NCBI GenBank assembly: GCA_016839555.1
Contig: JAEOUA010000006.1
Span: 187,982-251,981 of the forward strand
Direction: 5' to 3'
DNA length: 64,000 nt
Origin: Promethearchaeota archaeon
GTDB taxonomy: Archaea > Asgardarchaeota > Lokiarchaeia > Sigyniarchaeales > SOKP01
Part shown: one piece after another, positions 19,121 through 28,092 of the stretch
Position numbering within the stretch: position 1 is the first letter of the stretch
How the letters are laid out: each line of letters starts with the position of its first letter
Program-made: the position numbers and the translations under genes
Notes under the pieces: generated by a model
Seen by the model: only the letters and a program-made list of their open reading frames with translations
Database searches by the model: none
Told to the model about the DNA's origin: nothing

Positions 19121-20229
19121 TGAAATTTTGTGTAATTGGAGCAGGTTCAGGAGGAAGAGCTTTTGCTGCGTATTTGGCATCGAAAGGATGTCATGTGCAT
19201 CTTTATAATCGCTCTTTTTCAAGAATCGAACATATAAAAAAGAAAGGTGGTATTAAAGCAAAAGGGGCCGTAAAGGGTTTTTTTCCACTTAAAAAAATTA
19301 CAATTAATTTGGAGTCCGCAGTAAAAGATGTAGATATTATAATGATTGCAATTCCCGCTTCAGGACATAGAGATATAGCAAAAAAACTAGTGCCTTATTT
19401 GTCACAAGACCAAATAGTAATACTTAATCCTGGTAGAACATTTGGCGCTGTTGAATTTAAAAGAGTGATTGAAAAAAGACGGAGCGGATTAAATATTTTT
19501 ATTGCCGAAACGCAAACTCTTTTATTTACAACTAGGGCATTGAAGAGGCATGGAGTTAGAATATTCAAGATAAAAGAATCTATTAAATTTTCTACTTTTC
19601 CTGAAAGATATAATTTTTTCATCGAAGATACATTAAAAGACATCTTTCCACAATTCCAATCTGTTGATAACTATTTTGAACTTACCTTAAATAATGTGGG
19701 GATGCTACTACATCCAACAATAACGTTATTAAATTCAGGAGCTATTGAAACCGGCAAGGAATTTAAATATTACAGGGAGGGGGCAACAAAAAGCATTTGT
19801 AAAATCCTTGAATCAATACAATTTGAAATTAATCAAATTCTCATGAAAATAGGTTTAAAAAGATTTGATTTTTGTTGTTGGGCCACTCAAGTATATGGAG
19901 TTTCTGGAAAAACGATTTATGATACGATCCAAAAAATTGAGGCATATAAAGAAATTGAATCTCCTTCAAAATTAAAAACGAGATATTTTACTGAAGATGT
20001 ACCCACCGGTCTTGTCCCTTTGGCCTCTTTGGGTAAGTTTTTAGATGTTGATACCCCCACAATTGATTCAATAATTCATTTATCAAGTATTTTATGTGGT
20101 GTTGATTTTTGGGAAGAAGGACGAGATATTGAAACATTAAACCTTATCGCTTTATTGAAAGATGAATTAACCCAAAAAGATGTAATAACAAAAGTATATA
20201 ATAAAAAAGAAATATCTTATATAATATAA
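19117..20229 (+). CDS. NAD(P)-binding opine dehydrogenase-like (octopine/nopaline DH family) oxidoreductase
   Basis: N-terminal MKFCVIGAGSGGRAFAAYLASKGCHVHLYNR Rossmann motif. About 370 aa with the C-terminal helical domain typical of the opine-DH/G3P-DH-like fold. Shine-Dalgarno aggaggtg. Confidence 0.55.
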   Translation: MMKFCVIGAGSGGRAFAAYLASKGCHVHLYNRSFSRIEHIKKKGGIKAKGAVKGFFPLKKITINLESAVKDVDIIMIAIPASGHRDIAKKLVPYLSQDQIVILNPGRTFGAVEFKRVIEKRRSGLNIFIAETQTLLFTTRALKRHGVRIFKIKESIKFSTFPERYNFFIEDTLKDIFPQFQSVDNYFELTLNNVGMLLHPTITLLNSGAIETGKEFKYYREGATKSICKILESIQFEINQILMKIGLKRFDFCCWATQVYGVSGKTIYDTIQKIEAYKEIESPSKLKTRYFTEDVPTGLVPLASLGKFLDVDTPTIDSIIHLSSILCGVDFWEEGRDIETLNLIALLKDELTQKDVITKVYNKKEISYII

Positions 20230-20313
20230 TTTTTTTTTTAAGAAGCAACTCATTTTTTTATTAGAGTAAAAATCTAACAGGTAACAAAACAGAATGAAAC
20301 ATTAATCATAAAT

Positions 20314-21111
20314 TTAATAATAGCCTGCCATTTTAAAGCATATAATTCCACCAAATTGGTCGATACGCTTCCCAGCGGGACTTTCCCCGAAAATAACTTT
20401 AGTTATAATTCCTTTATTCTCTGCAATTTGTTTAAGCCGATAAATTCGGTTTTTATTTTCATGATTTTCGAGAAATTCATCCGTTAAAAGAAGGTAATCG
20501 ACTTTTTCTGCAATTGAATTATCTTTTTTCCCGCCTTCATAAATTAGATTCTCTATCTCTTTTAATCCATACACAACTAATATATTCGGATTATTTGCGT
20601 TGATGGATTTTTCAAGTTCTTTAATTAAAAAATAAGCTTCTTCTGAAGTTATACGTTTAATTATTTTCTGGGTTTTTTCTTGCTCTATGAGATAACGTAC
20701 TCCACTTAATTCATTAGCATTTCCAGCAATCTGCCCAAATACTACTTGTTTACTTCCTTTTGAATCTATGAGCCAGCGATGATGTTTTTGTATATGCTCC
20801 AAAAATTTAGTTGTGCAATTGGATCCCTGAGGTTCTGCCAGAAGGACGCTTTTTAAACCCGAATCCATCAAAAATCTTAAGAGATCGATTAAATCTTCAT
20901 AAAAGTGATACATATCCTTTTCACTGGTATGCTTCCATTTTCTAGGTAATTTCATAGTCTTATATTTTCTCACCGTTTCACTAAAGACCTTCCATATATG
21001 AATTGCTTGCTCATCACATCCCACTAAAATGCAGACCGCAAATCCGCGTTTTTTATTTTTCTTTTTCCTTTTACCCATTGTAATTATCAAAGAGTAATAA
21101 GTCAAAAACAT
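20314..21111 (-). CDS. Hypothetical protein with Lys/Arg-rich N-terminus; possible eRF1/Pelota/VLRF1-like fold (unverified)
   Basis: 265-aa ORF. The probable true start is the internal MGKRKKKNKKRGF. Segments VVFGQIAGN and FGGIICF loosely resemble eRF1-family domains 2-3. Confidence 0.3.
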   Translation of the reverse strand: MFLTYYSLIITMGKRKKKNKKRGFAVCILVGCDEQAIHIWKVFSETVRKYKTMKLPRKWKHTSEKDMYHFYEDLIDLLRFLMDSGLKSVLLAEPQGSNCTTKFLEHIQKHHRWLIDSKGSKQVVFGQIAGNANELSGVRYLIEQEKTQKIIKRITSEEAYFLIKELEKSINANNPNILVVYGLKEIENLIYEGGKKDNSIAEKVDYLLLTDEFLENHENKNRIYRLKQIAENKGIITKVIFGESPAGKRIDQFGGIICFKMAGYY

Positions 21112-21281
21112 TTTGGCTTATATTTTAAGAAGATTATAGTTTAACGGTAATGAATAATTGCGGTAATTTTTTTTTTGATTCTTTAAAATTTTATCAAATT
21201 ATTTAGTAGATAATATTATAGATTTTTTTTCTAAACTCTCAGGTAGTTCTCTTTTATTAGAAAATAAGAAGATATAAATAT

Positions 21282-21536
21282 GTGTATGTGTATGTGCAAT
21301 ATATGGGATCAAAAAATATTAGTATTACAGAGGATGTTTATAATAAATTAATAAAAATAAAGAAGGAAGATGAAAGTTTCTCTGAATTATTTTTAAGATT
21401 ACTCAATTCGCAAAAAAGTAATATAGAGGATGCATTTGGAGCTTGGAATCTCACAGAAGAAGAGAAAAGGGATATTTGGGATGATATAACGAAAAGAGAA
21501 GGAAGAAAATGGCAAAAATCTAGCTTCGAGGAGTAA
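21282..21536 (+). CDS. vapB: VapB-like antitoxin (small acidic protein upstream of PIN toxin)
   Basis: Its stop lies 2 nt before the PIN gene start. Small and charged. A likelier start is at 21303 (MGSKNISIT...). Confidence 0.5.
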   Translation: MYVYVQYMGSKNISITEDVYNKLIKIKKEDESFSELFLRLLNSQKSNIEDAFGAWNLTEEEKRDIWDDITKREGRKWQKSSFEE

Positions 21537-21538
21537 AA

Positions 21539-21946
21539 ATGATTGTTTTGGATACAGTTGCCTGTATTGATTATTTAAATGGAGATGGAGACTTAAAAAG
21601 TCTTTTAGGCAAACAGGAGGACTTTTTGCTAATAACCGCAATTACTATATATGAAATAAATATTGGTTTAGAGAAGACAAGAAGAAAAATATCAGAAGAA
21701 CGTTATAGAAAACTTAATAATAAATGGATTAAGTTCATATCCGGGATGCAAATTTTAGCTCTTGGATTCAAAGAGGCAAAGAAATCAGCTGAGATATATG
21801 ATGAATTAGTTTCTAAAGGACAAATAATTGATGATAATGATATTTTAATAGCAGGTATTATGCTAGCTAATGGAATCATTAAAATCATTACAAGGAATAT
21901 AGACCATTTTAATAGAATAGCATCTTTGGACGTATTATCTTATTAA
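21539..21946 (+). CDS. vapC: PIN-domain ribonuclease toxin VapC
   Basis: MIVLDTVACIDYL (Asp4), ITAITIYEI (Glu), IIDDNDILIAG (Asp) and ITRNIDHF (Asp) are the canonical PIN acidic quartet. Confidence 0.8.
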   Translation: MIVLDTVACIDYLNGDGDLKSLLGKQEDFLLITAITIYEINIGLEKTRRKISEERYRKLNNKWIKFISGMQILALGFKEAKKSAEIYDELVSKGQIIDDNDILIAGIMLANGIIKIITRNIDHFNRIASLDVLSY

Positions 21947-22181
21947 ACTAAATTTATATTTTTGATTGTCTCCTTTTAGGTTTTTTAAAAAACTGTGATT
22001 AGATAATATACCCGGATGATTAGGATTACAGTGAATAATACTGATTGTATGATAAATTTTGGTACAAGAGAGAAGAAGATAATAAGAAGAATTTTCAGCG
22101 AAAAGGCTAAGCTAATAACGATGAGAGCCCTTACTTGGACTTTTTTCGAGTGGCTTTCTTTATATAAATTTTCTCCACAAA

Positions 22182-23291
22182 TTACCAGAGCAATCCCGAA
22201 AATAGTATTATATATATTAACATTTCATAGTCCGGACTGCCCGTTATAAATCCCATATAAGCTAATAAATATAAAAGATATCCCAATCCTAAGCCTCTAA
22301 TCATAACTACCGTAAGATAGTCGAATTTTTCAACAGTATTCATGGCTTCAAACCTTATTTTTGAAGTAAAGAATATATAAAAAGTAAATAAATTCATTAC
22401 GATTACAATAATCATTAAAATATTGATATATAATTTGCCTTGGGCGACGCCCCACATCATTAATATGAAATAGGTAATAGAATTCAAAAATGTAATGGTA
22501 GCAGAAGTAATAATTACCGATGTTTCAAGCGTTAAATTATATTTAGATAGTTTCATAAGCTTATGAGAACGTACCAGAAAAAGAAAGGCAAAAATTAATG
22601 CCGTTACTAAAATTTCAATCGCTGGAGCTAATTCTAACCTTAATGCTAGTAACCCTATAATTACGTGGAATATACCTGCAAGAAAGAAAATTTTCGAGGC
22701 TATACTTATTTTTTTAGTATTTTTTTTGATAAAGGAGTGCTTTTGCTCGATAATAGATACTGATTCTGAATCATCATCGAAAAAGGAAAATAATTTACGG
22801 AGAATTTTTATACTTAAAATCCCAGAGAGATTAATTTTTCCAGAAAATAATTTTTTCATCAGATCACGTCGATCAAGCGTCCCTTCTGAAAGTCTCTTAA
22901 AGATTGAGAGGGGTGCTATTAATTTTTGGTCCCATCCTATTTGCTTTTTCTTTAAGGAGTCTGAATCTTTCTCGACTAAGCTTTCTATATTAATAGTTCC
23001 TTTCTCAATTATGAGTAAAACGGCACCATGTCCATCGGATGTATGTAAGAGAATTTTAAAATTAAGATCTTGGGCAAATATCTTGAATTTTTCATTTGAA
23101 TTTAATGGATATAGTATTTTCTTTAGGAATACTGCGAATTTATTTGCTGCAGTCTCTAAGGATTGTCCCTCACTTGGATTTTCCTCAAAATTTTTTCTAA
23201 TATCCATTTCCCATTCCTTGAGTGTGTATATTTCTTTTACTTCTTTCATTTTTAATGGATTTGATTCTTGATTTGATCTGCTTGGCGCCAT
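22182..23291 (-). CDS. SCP2-like (alkyl-sulfatase C-terminal-like) domain fused to 6-TM membrane domain
   Basis: The N-terminal ~170 aa (FKILLHTSDGHGAVLLIIEKGTI...FSGKINLSGILSIKILRKLFSFF) resemble the Alkyl_sulf_C/SCP2 domain. The C-terminal ~190 aa are hydrophobic. The 5' end overlaps the upstream sulfatase ORF in another frame, so the start is uncertain (internal Mets at 23249 and 23207). Confidence 0.45.
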   Translation of the reverse strand: MAPSRSNQESNPLKMKEVKEIYTLKEWEMDIRKNFEENPSEGQSLETAANKFAVFLKKILYPLNSNEKFKIFAQDLNFKILLHTSDGHGAVLLIIEKGTINIESLVEKDSDSLKKKQIGWDQKLIAPLSIFKRLSEGTLDRRDLMKKLFSGKINLSGILSIKILRKLFSFFDDDSESVSIIEQKHSFIKKNTKKISIASKIFFLAGIFHVIIGLLALRLELAPAIEILVTALIFAFLFLVRSHKLMKLSKYNLTLETSVIITSATITFLNSITYFILMMWGVAQGKLYINILMIIVIVMNLFTFYIFFTSKIRFEAMNTVEKFDYLTVVMIRGLGLGYLLYLLAYMGFITGSPDYEMLIYIILFSGLLW

Positions 23292-24519
23292 TATTTAAAA
23301 TATTACGCACTATGAATGAGGGTTCTTGTATTGCTTTTTCTTTTAAAATCTTATTTTTTAGGATTAACGTATCGAGATATAACTCCTCATCAATTAATCT
23401 ATGGCCTTTTATAAGAATATCAAGGATATATAGAGCTAATTGATATTTATTATTATCTAGGAGCATCTTAGCATGATTATAATACTTATGAGCATTATTC
23501 AATTTTAAAAATTCTATTGCTATTTCCTCTGATTTTGCGGGAAAGAGGTCGGAGGGGTTTCCAGAATCATACCAACCATGATATAATCGATATACAGCAT
23601 GAATAGCGAATCTATAATCTCCATAAAGCGGTTTAAGATAGTCATGAGCTTTAAATTTCTCAGGATATATTTCCAGCATTTCATGGAAAATTTGCTCAAA
23701 CCATTTTCCTTCATTTAATCGCTGTACTACCTCATCATGAACAAAATGCATCGCTTCCGCAGTAATTTCTAATACATCTCTTACTTTTTCTTTTCCCTCA
23801 ATGAGCGGTCCATGCCCTGGAATTATATACTTCGCGTCTTTTTGCAAAATATGTTCCATGGCGAGCGCCCAGTGTTTTGGATATCTTTGCACCTTATAGG
23901 GATTTCCCACATTGGGATAAGAAGATATCATAAGATCTCCTGAGCATACCAATTCTTTTTCAGAGACCCATAACCATAGGGAATCATCAGTCTCTCCCTT
24001 ATCATGATTTAATTCAAATTCAAGTCCCCCTAATTCAAATCGATAAGGTGTTTTCCCATCAAGGATAATAGTTGGTTCTAAGACATCATGAGGAGATACT
24101 ACTTCATCTTGACTTCCCGCAACTGACGCGAATTGTTGAGCGTTCAGCCACTTATGATACTCATCCAGCATTTGATATTTTGCAAATCGATTTAGGCAAT
24201 TTTCATGTGCAATAATCTGGGGCATTTCCCATCCATTTTCCTTGATTTCTGAAATAAAGGGTTCAAACCCATAGCAATGGTCGAAATGCCCATGACTGTA
24301 GATTAAATATTTGATTGGTTTCTGAGTAATATCTCTAACAGCCTGAAAGTTTCGAGGACCATATTGTTTTAATGCGATATCAAACACCACCAACCCTTCA
24401 TCAGTTTCAATAATGCCCATATTTCCGAATGAGGGAATTAAATGGCATGTATTATCATTAAAGCTCTTCTGGGGAAACATTCCGACAAAAAATTTTATAT
24501 CATTTTGAGAATAACTCAT
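23197..24519 (-). CDS. MBL-fold alkyl/aryl-sulfatase catalytic + dimerization domains (SdsA1/Bds1-like), lacking its own SCP2 C-domain
   Basis: YSHGHFDHCYG HxHxDH motif. About 440 aa with a helical region after the MBL domain. The SCP2-like domain is encoded by the next ORF. Confidence 0.65.
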   Translation of the reverse strand: MSYSQNDIKFFVGMFPQKSFNDNTCHLIPSFGNMGIIETDEGLVVFDIALKQYGPRNFQAVRDITQKPIKYLIYSHGHFDHCYGFEPFISEIKENGWEMPQIIAHENCLNRFAKYQMLDEYHKWLNAQQFASVAGSQDEVVSPHDVLEPTIILDGKTPYRFELGGLEFELNHDKGETDDSLWLWVSEKELVCSGDLMISSYPNVGNPYKVQRYPKHWALAMEHILQKDAKYIIPGHGPLIEGKEKVRDVLEITAEAMHFVHDEVVQRLNEGKWFEQIFHEMLEIYPEKFKAHDYLKPLYGDYRFAIHAVYRLYHGWYDSGNPSDLFPAKSEEIAIEFLKLNNAHKYYNHAKMLLDNNKYQLALYILDILIKGHRLIDEELYLDTLILKNKILKEKAIQEPSFIVRNILNNGAKQIKSRIKSIKNERSKRNIHTQGMGNGY

Positions 24520-24684
24520 ATATTATCCTCTCATATTCTTTCTATTTCTTTTTTTAATTTTATTTCTTATTTCATATTTCTTTTCTTTTATTTTATAATG
24601 GTGCTTATTTTTGTTATTATATTTATTTTAGGGATTTAGTTAAATAAAGCTAAATTATTATATTATTTAATTATCGAAAAATAA

Positions 24685-25857
24685 TCATTCAGGTATTTTT
24701 ATTGGGTATTGTCCATATTTACGCTTAACATTCTGCATTGCTTCAAATCTATCAACTGTTACCGCTGGATTAATGGAATGCCCTGAACTGAAGATATATC
24801 CCCCACCTGGTGCTAATTCACGGATTAACTTTTTAGAATACGCTCTTATTTCATTAATTTCTCCTATTGCGAGCATTATAGGGCTTACATTTCCAACAAA
24901 AGTAATCTTATCTCCATACTTCGCATGCAACTTAAAGATGTTATAATCGGGATTAGCTGTCGTTGGTTCAATAGGGTTAATTGCATCAATTCCGCAATTG
25001 ACAATATCATCGAAAATTTCCATTAAATCCCCATCAGAATGTAATAATATCTTACAATTGCGTTTATGGGCCGCATCACATATCCTTGTTAACCAAGGAA
25101 AAATGTATTTTCGATATAATGCGGGTCGCATAAATAAACCATTCTTAAAGCCGTAGTCATCCCAAAGTATTACTAATTTCGCATCATTTTCTGCCAATAT
25201 CTTCACCAATTCCAGCGTGAACTCTCCCCTATCATCAAAAATCTTTTTTGCGTGTTTATGTTTTCCGAGAATCCTTGAAAACGTTTCCAATCCAAATCCT
25301 TCCCATGTACACTCCATTAAGGCCCCGGTTGCGGGAACTGAAAAAATTTCATTGTTTAACTCCTCTTGTACTTCTCTACCAGCATAAAATGAATTTAGAC
25401 GTGCTTCTGAATGGGGATCAGGTAGTTCATAACTTTCATAATCCTCAAAACTGTTAAAATGGCCCCCATAATACCCTAATATTGGTGTCCCGTCTTTTTC
25501 ATAATATTCAAATTTCATAATTCTTCCATACTCATCGATAAATCCTTTTCCTCCCTTTAAGATTACTCTTGGGAATAATGATGAAGCAGTTATTTGAATA
25601 TCAAGGTCCATGCGTCGGAATAATTCATGCGAATAGCGGTATTCCGCTTTTATAATATTCTTTTTTTTCATAAAGTATCGTAAAATACGATTCTTAAAGG
25701 GGAGATATTTCAAAATAGATAATCCATAATCCCCTTTAGTTGGTTCTAACCCGTACTGCTTAGTTATAGTATTATTAGTGAACGCACTTTCCCATGCGGG
25801 GACTTTATCTGGTTCTTCATGCTCAATTGTCGTTAATACTCTAGTTTGTGCATCCAT
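24685..25857 (-). CDS. Uroporphyrinogen decarboxylase (URO-D) family protein, MtaA/CmuA-like methyltransferase candidate
   Basis: 390 aa; the N-terminal EEPDKVPAW and the overall length and pattern match the URO-D/MtaA family. Confidence 0.6.
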   Translation of the reverse strand: MDAQTRVLTTIEHEEPDKVPAWESAFTNNTITKQYGLEPTKGDYGLSILKYLPFKNRILRYFMKKKNIIKAEYRYSHELFRRMDLDIQITASSLFPRVILKGGKGFIDEYGRIMKFEYYEKDGTPILGYYGGHFNSFEDYESYELPDPHSEARLNSFYAGREVQEELNNEIFSVPATGALMECTWEGFGLETFSRILGKHKHAKKIFDDRGEFTLELVKILAENDAKLVILWDDYGFKNGLFMRPALYRKYIFPWLTRICDAAHKRNCKILLHSDGDLMEIFDDIVNCGIDAINPIEPTTANPDYNIFKLHAKYGDKITFVGNVSPIMLAIGEINEIRAYSKKLIRELAPGGGYIFSSGHSINPAVTVDRFEAMQNVKRKYGQYPIKIPE

Positions 25858-26056
25858 TTTTATTCATTTTAAAAAAATATTCTTAATTAAAAACCTTGCT
25901 TAATTTAAAACGTTTTCTTTATTATAATTAGGAATGACTATATAGACCAATTATAATATTAAAGCTATAATGAGAGTAAGATAAATATTCCAGTTTTTAA
26001 AAAAATATAAGTCAGAAAAAAATGGAAAAAAAAGAAAATATAAATTTAATTATTAT

Positions 26057-26848
26057 TTAAAATTCATAACCGCAATTGCGGCATAGGTGTTTCTTACCAT
26101 ACATAGGTGTTTGGCCGAGGTAGCTGATTACTTTCGATTTATCTTCGACTGTTCGAATATCCTTCCCGACAGCACCACATTTTGGGCACGAAATCCGTTC
26201 TCTTCCTCCAGTTACTTTTTCTACTTCGGGAGGTTCGTAAAATTGTAATTTTTTCTGAGCCTCTTTCAAATTTTCTTTGGTATTTTCAAGAGTGGTTGTT
26301 AATTCTGAAATTTTTTTATCTCTTTGATCTATTGTAGTAGTGGCTTGCTGTAATTGTTGTTTTATATCAGATAAATCCTCAGCCTTTTGAGTTCCTTTCT
26401 GTAGTTTTTGTTTAACTTCTGACAATTCTCCTTGAAGAGTTGAGATATTTTCTTTAGAACTATCTAATGAGGTGGTCAATCTACTTTTCTCATTTTCAAG
26501 ACTTCCAACTTGGCTTGTGAGTGCCTCTACTTTGGGAGTTAAATTCTCTACTTTCGAATTTAATTCTGCATTTTGAGAACGCAAATCCTCTAGTTTGGAG
26601 GTTAAATCACTATTTTGGGTATTTAATTCATTAATTTTTTGATCTTTTTCGGTGCCTTTTTGCCTAGATTCTTCAAGATTTTGAGTGGTCGTCGCTAACT
26701 TTTCTTTAGTCTCAGCTAAATCACTTTTTAATTTGGAAAGGTCTCTCTCAAGGTCATTAAGTTTTTTACGTAAATCTAATAACATTTTACCCTCAACCTT
26801 TTGAGGCTTATCGGGTCTTTCTTCCACCTTTTGCCAATCTATAGACAT
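26057..26848 (-). CDS. Coiled-coil protein with conserved MSIDWQ N-terminal head and C-terminal C4 zinc ribbon (paralog 1 of 3)
   Basis: N-terminus MSIDWQKVEERPDKPQKVEGK. About 180 aa of heptad-like Leu/Glu/Lys/Gln-rich sequence. C-terminus CPKCGAVGKDIRTVEDKSKVISYLGQTPMYGKKHLCRNCGYEF. Confidence 0.6.
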   Translation of the reverse strand: MSIDWQKVEERPDKPQKVEGKMLLDLRKKLNDLERDLSKLKSDLAETKEKLATTTQNLEESRQKGTEKDQKINELNTQNSDLTSKLEDLRSQNAELNSKVENLTPKVEALTSQVGSLENEKSRLTTSLDSSKENISTLQGELSEVKQKLQKGTQKAEDLSDIKQQLQQATTTIDQRDKKISELTTTLENTKENLKEAQKKLQFYEPPEVEKVTGGRERISCPKCGAVGKDIRTVEDKSKVISYLGQTPMYGKKHLCRNCGYEF

Positions 26849-27031
26849 AATTGATTCACACTTGGTTTATGATATATTAAGATTTATGTTATATAATAAT
26901 TTCGATACTCATTTAATTTCGTAGTAATATTATAATTAATAAATCAAGAATTAATATATCTTTTTTTTTTAAATTATTATTGTAATTCTTCTCTTCTAAT
27001 ATAAATTATTCTCATTTACCTATTTCTTAAG

Positions 27032-27922
27032 CTAGAATTCTGTCCCACATTTTTTACACACGCGCTTCTTCGCATAAATTCTCGATTGTCCCATATAACT
27101 TATCACTTTTGTTCGATCTTCCATCGTTTTAATATCTTTCCCAACGGCTCCGCACTTGGGACATGCAATACGTTCTTTTATTGGTTCTTCTTCTTTCCTT
27201 GCTGAGGGTCTTCTAAAGGTTGTTTGTTCTTTTAGGACTGGTTTTTCTTTAATAGCTCCTGTTTGTTGAACTGGTATCGTTCCTTTCAAAAGATCCTTGG
27301 TTCCTTCAAATTTTGAGTTTAATTCTGAAATTTTTGTCTTTTTTTGATTAATCTGATTAATTGCTCGCTCTAATTGTTCTTTTATTCTTGTTAATTCAAG
27401 GTTTTCGGATGATTTTTCTTTAGCCATTTCCGAGAGCTGCGTAGATAGTGTTTGTGTTTTTGTAGTTAATTCTCGGATCGATTCGTTTGAATTCTGTAAT
27501 CTGAGGTTAAATTCTGAAATCTGAGCATCTTTTAGTTTAATCTTTGCATTCGCATCTTCTAAGTTTAGTTTATATTGGGCTACTTCTTCCTCTAACTTTT
27601 CTGACGACATAGTAGCTTGAGTAAGTTGCATTTCAAGATCCTTTACTTTAGTTGTATAGAGTTTAAGTCTCTGATTTAATTCGTTAACTTGTTGATTTAA
27701 ATCTTCAACTATTTTTTCCTTCACTTGTAAACTTCGCTGTGTTTGTTCGAGTTCTTTTGTAATGGAAATTAATTTTTTTTCAGTTTCAAATTGTTGGTTC
27801 TGAGTCTGAGCAAGTTGTTTTTCTAGCCTCTCGTTTTCATTTCGAATGTTTAATAAGGTTTGACCCTCAATTTTTAATTTCTTATTTGGGTTTTCTTCCG
27901 CCTTTTGCCAATCAATACTCAT
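27032..27922 (-). CDS. Coiled-coil protein with MSIDWQ head and C-terminal C4 zinc ribbon (paralog 2 of 3)
   Basis: N-terminus MSIDWQKAEENPNKKLKIEGQ. C-terminus CPKCGAVGKDIKTMEDRTKVISYMGQSRIYAKKRVCKKCGTEF. Confidence 0.6.
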   Translation of the reverse strand: MSIDWQKAEENPNKKLKIEGQTLLNIRNENERLEKQLAQTQNQQFETEKKLISITKELEQTQRSLQVKEKIVEDLNQQVNELNQRLKLYTTKVKDLEMQLTQATMSSEKLEEEVAQYKLNLEDANAKIKLKDAQISEFNLRLQNSNESIRELTTKTQTLSTQLSEMAKEKSSENLELTRIKEQLERAINQINQKKTKISELNSKFEGTKDLLKGTIPVQQTGAIKEKPVLKEQTTFRRPSARKEEEPIKERIACPKCGAVGKDIKTMEDRTKVISYMGQSRIYAKKRVCKKCGTEF

Positions 27923-28092
27923 AAATTATCTCACAATTATTCTAATAAGATGATTGTCTTAATATATCTTTTTTTTTTTGTATCTTATAAATTTTATTTC
28001 TAAGATGAAAAATCTATTTTTTTATACAAAAAGATGATTTCACCTTTGCGGTTTACAAATGATGTGTTAAATAACCTTTGATCCTTATGTAA

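Noticed and set aside
22726-23271. 181-aa plus-strand ORF
   Set aside because: Antisense to the SCP2-membrane fusion gene and Ser/Phe-rich low complexity.
24442-24639. 65-aa hydrophobic ORF upstream of the sulfatase start
   Set aside because: Translation of an AT-rich promoter region; overlaps the sulfatase 5' end.
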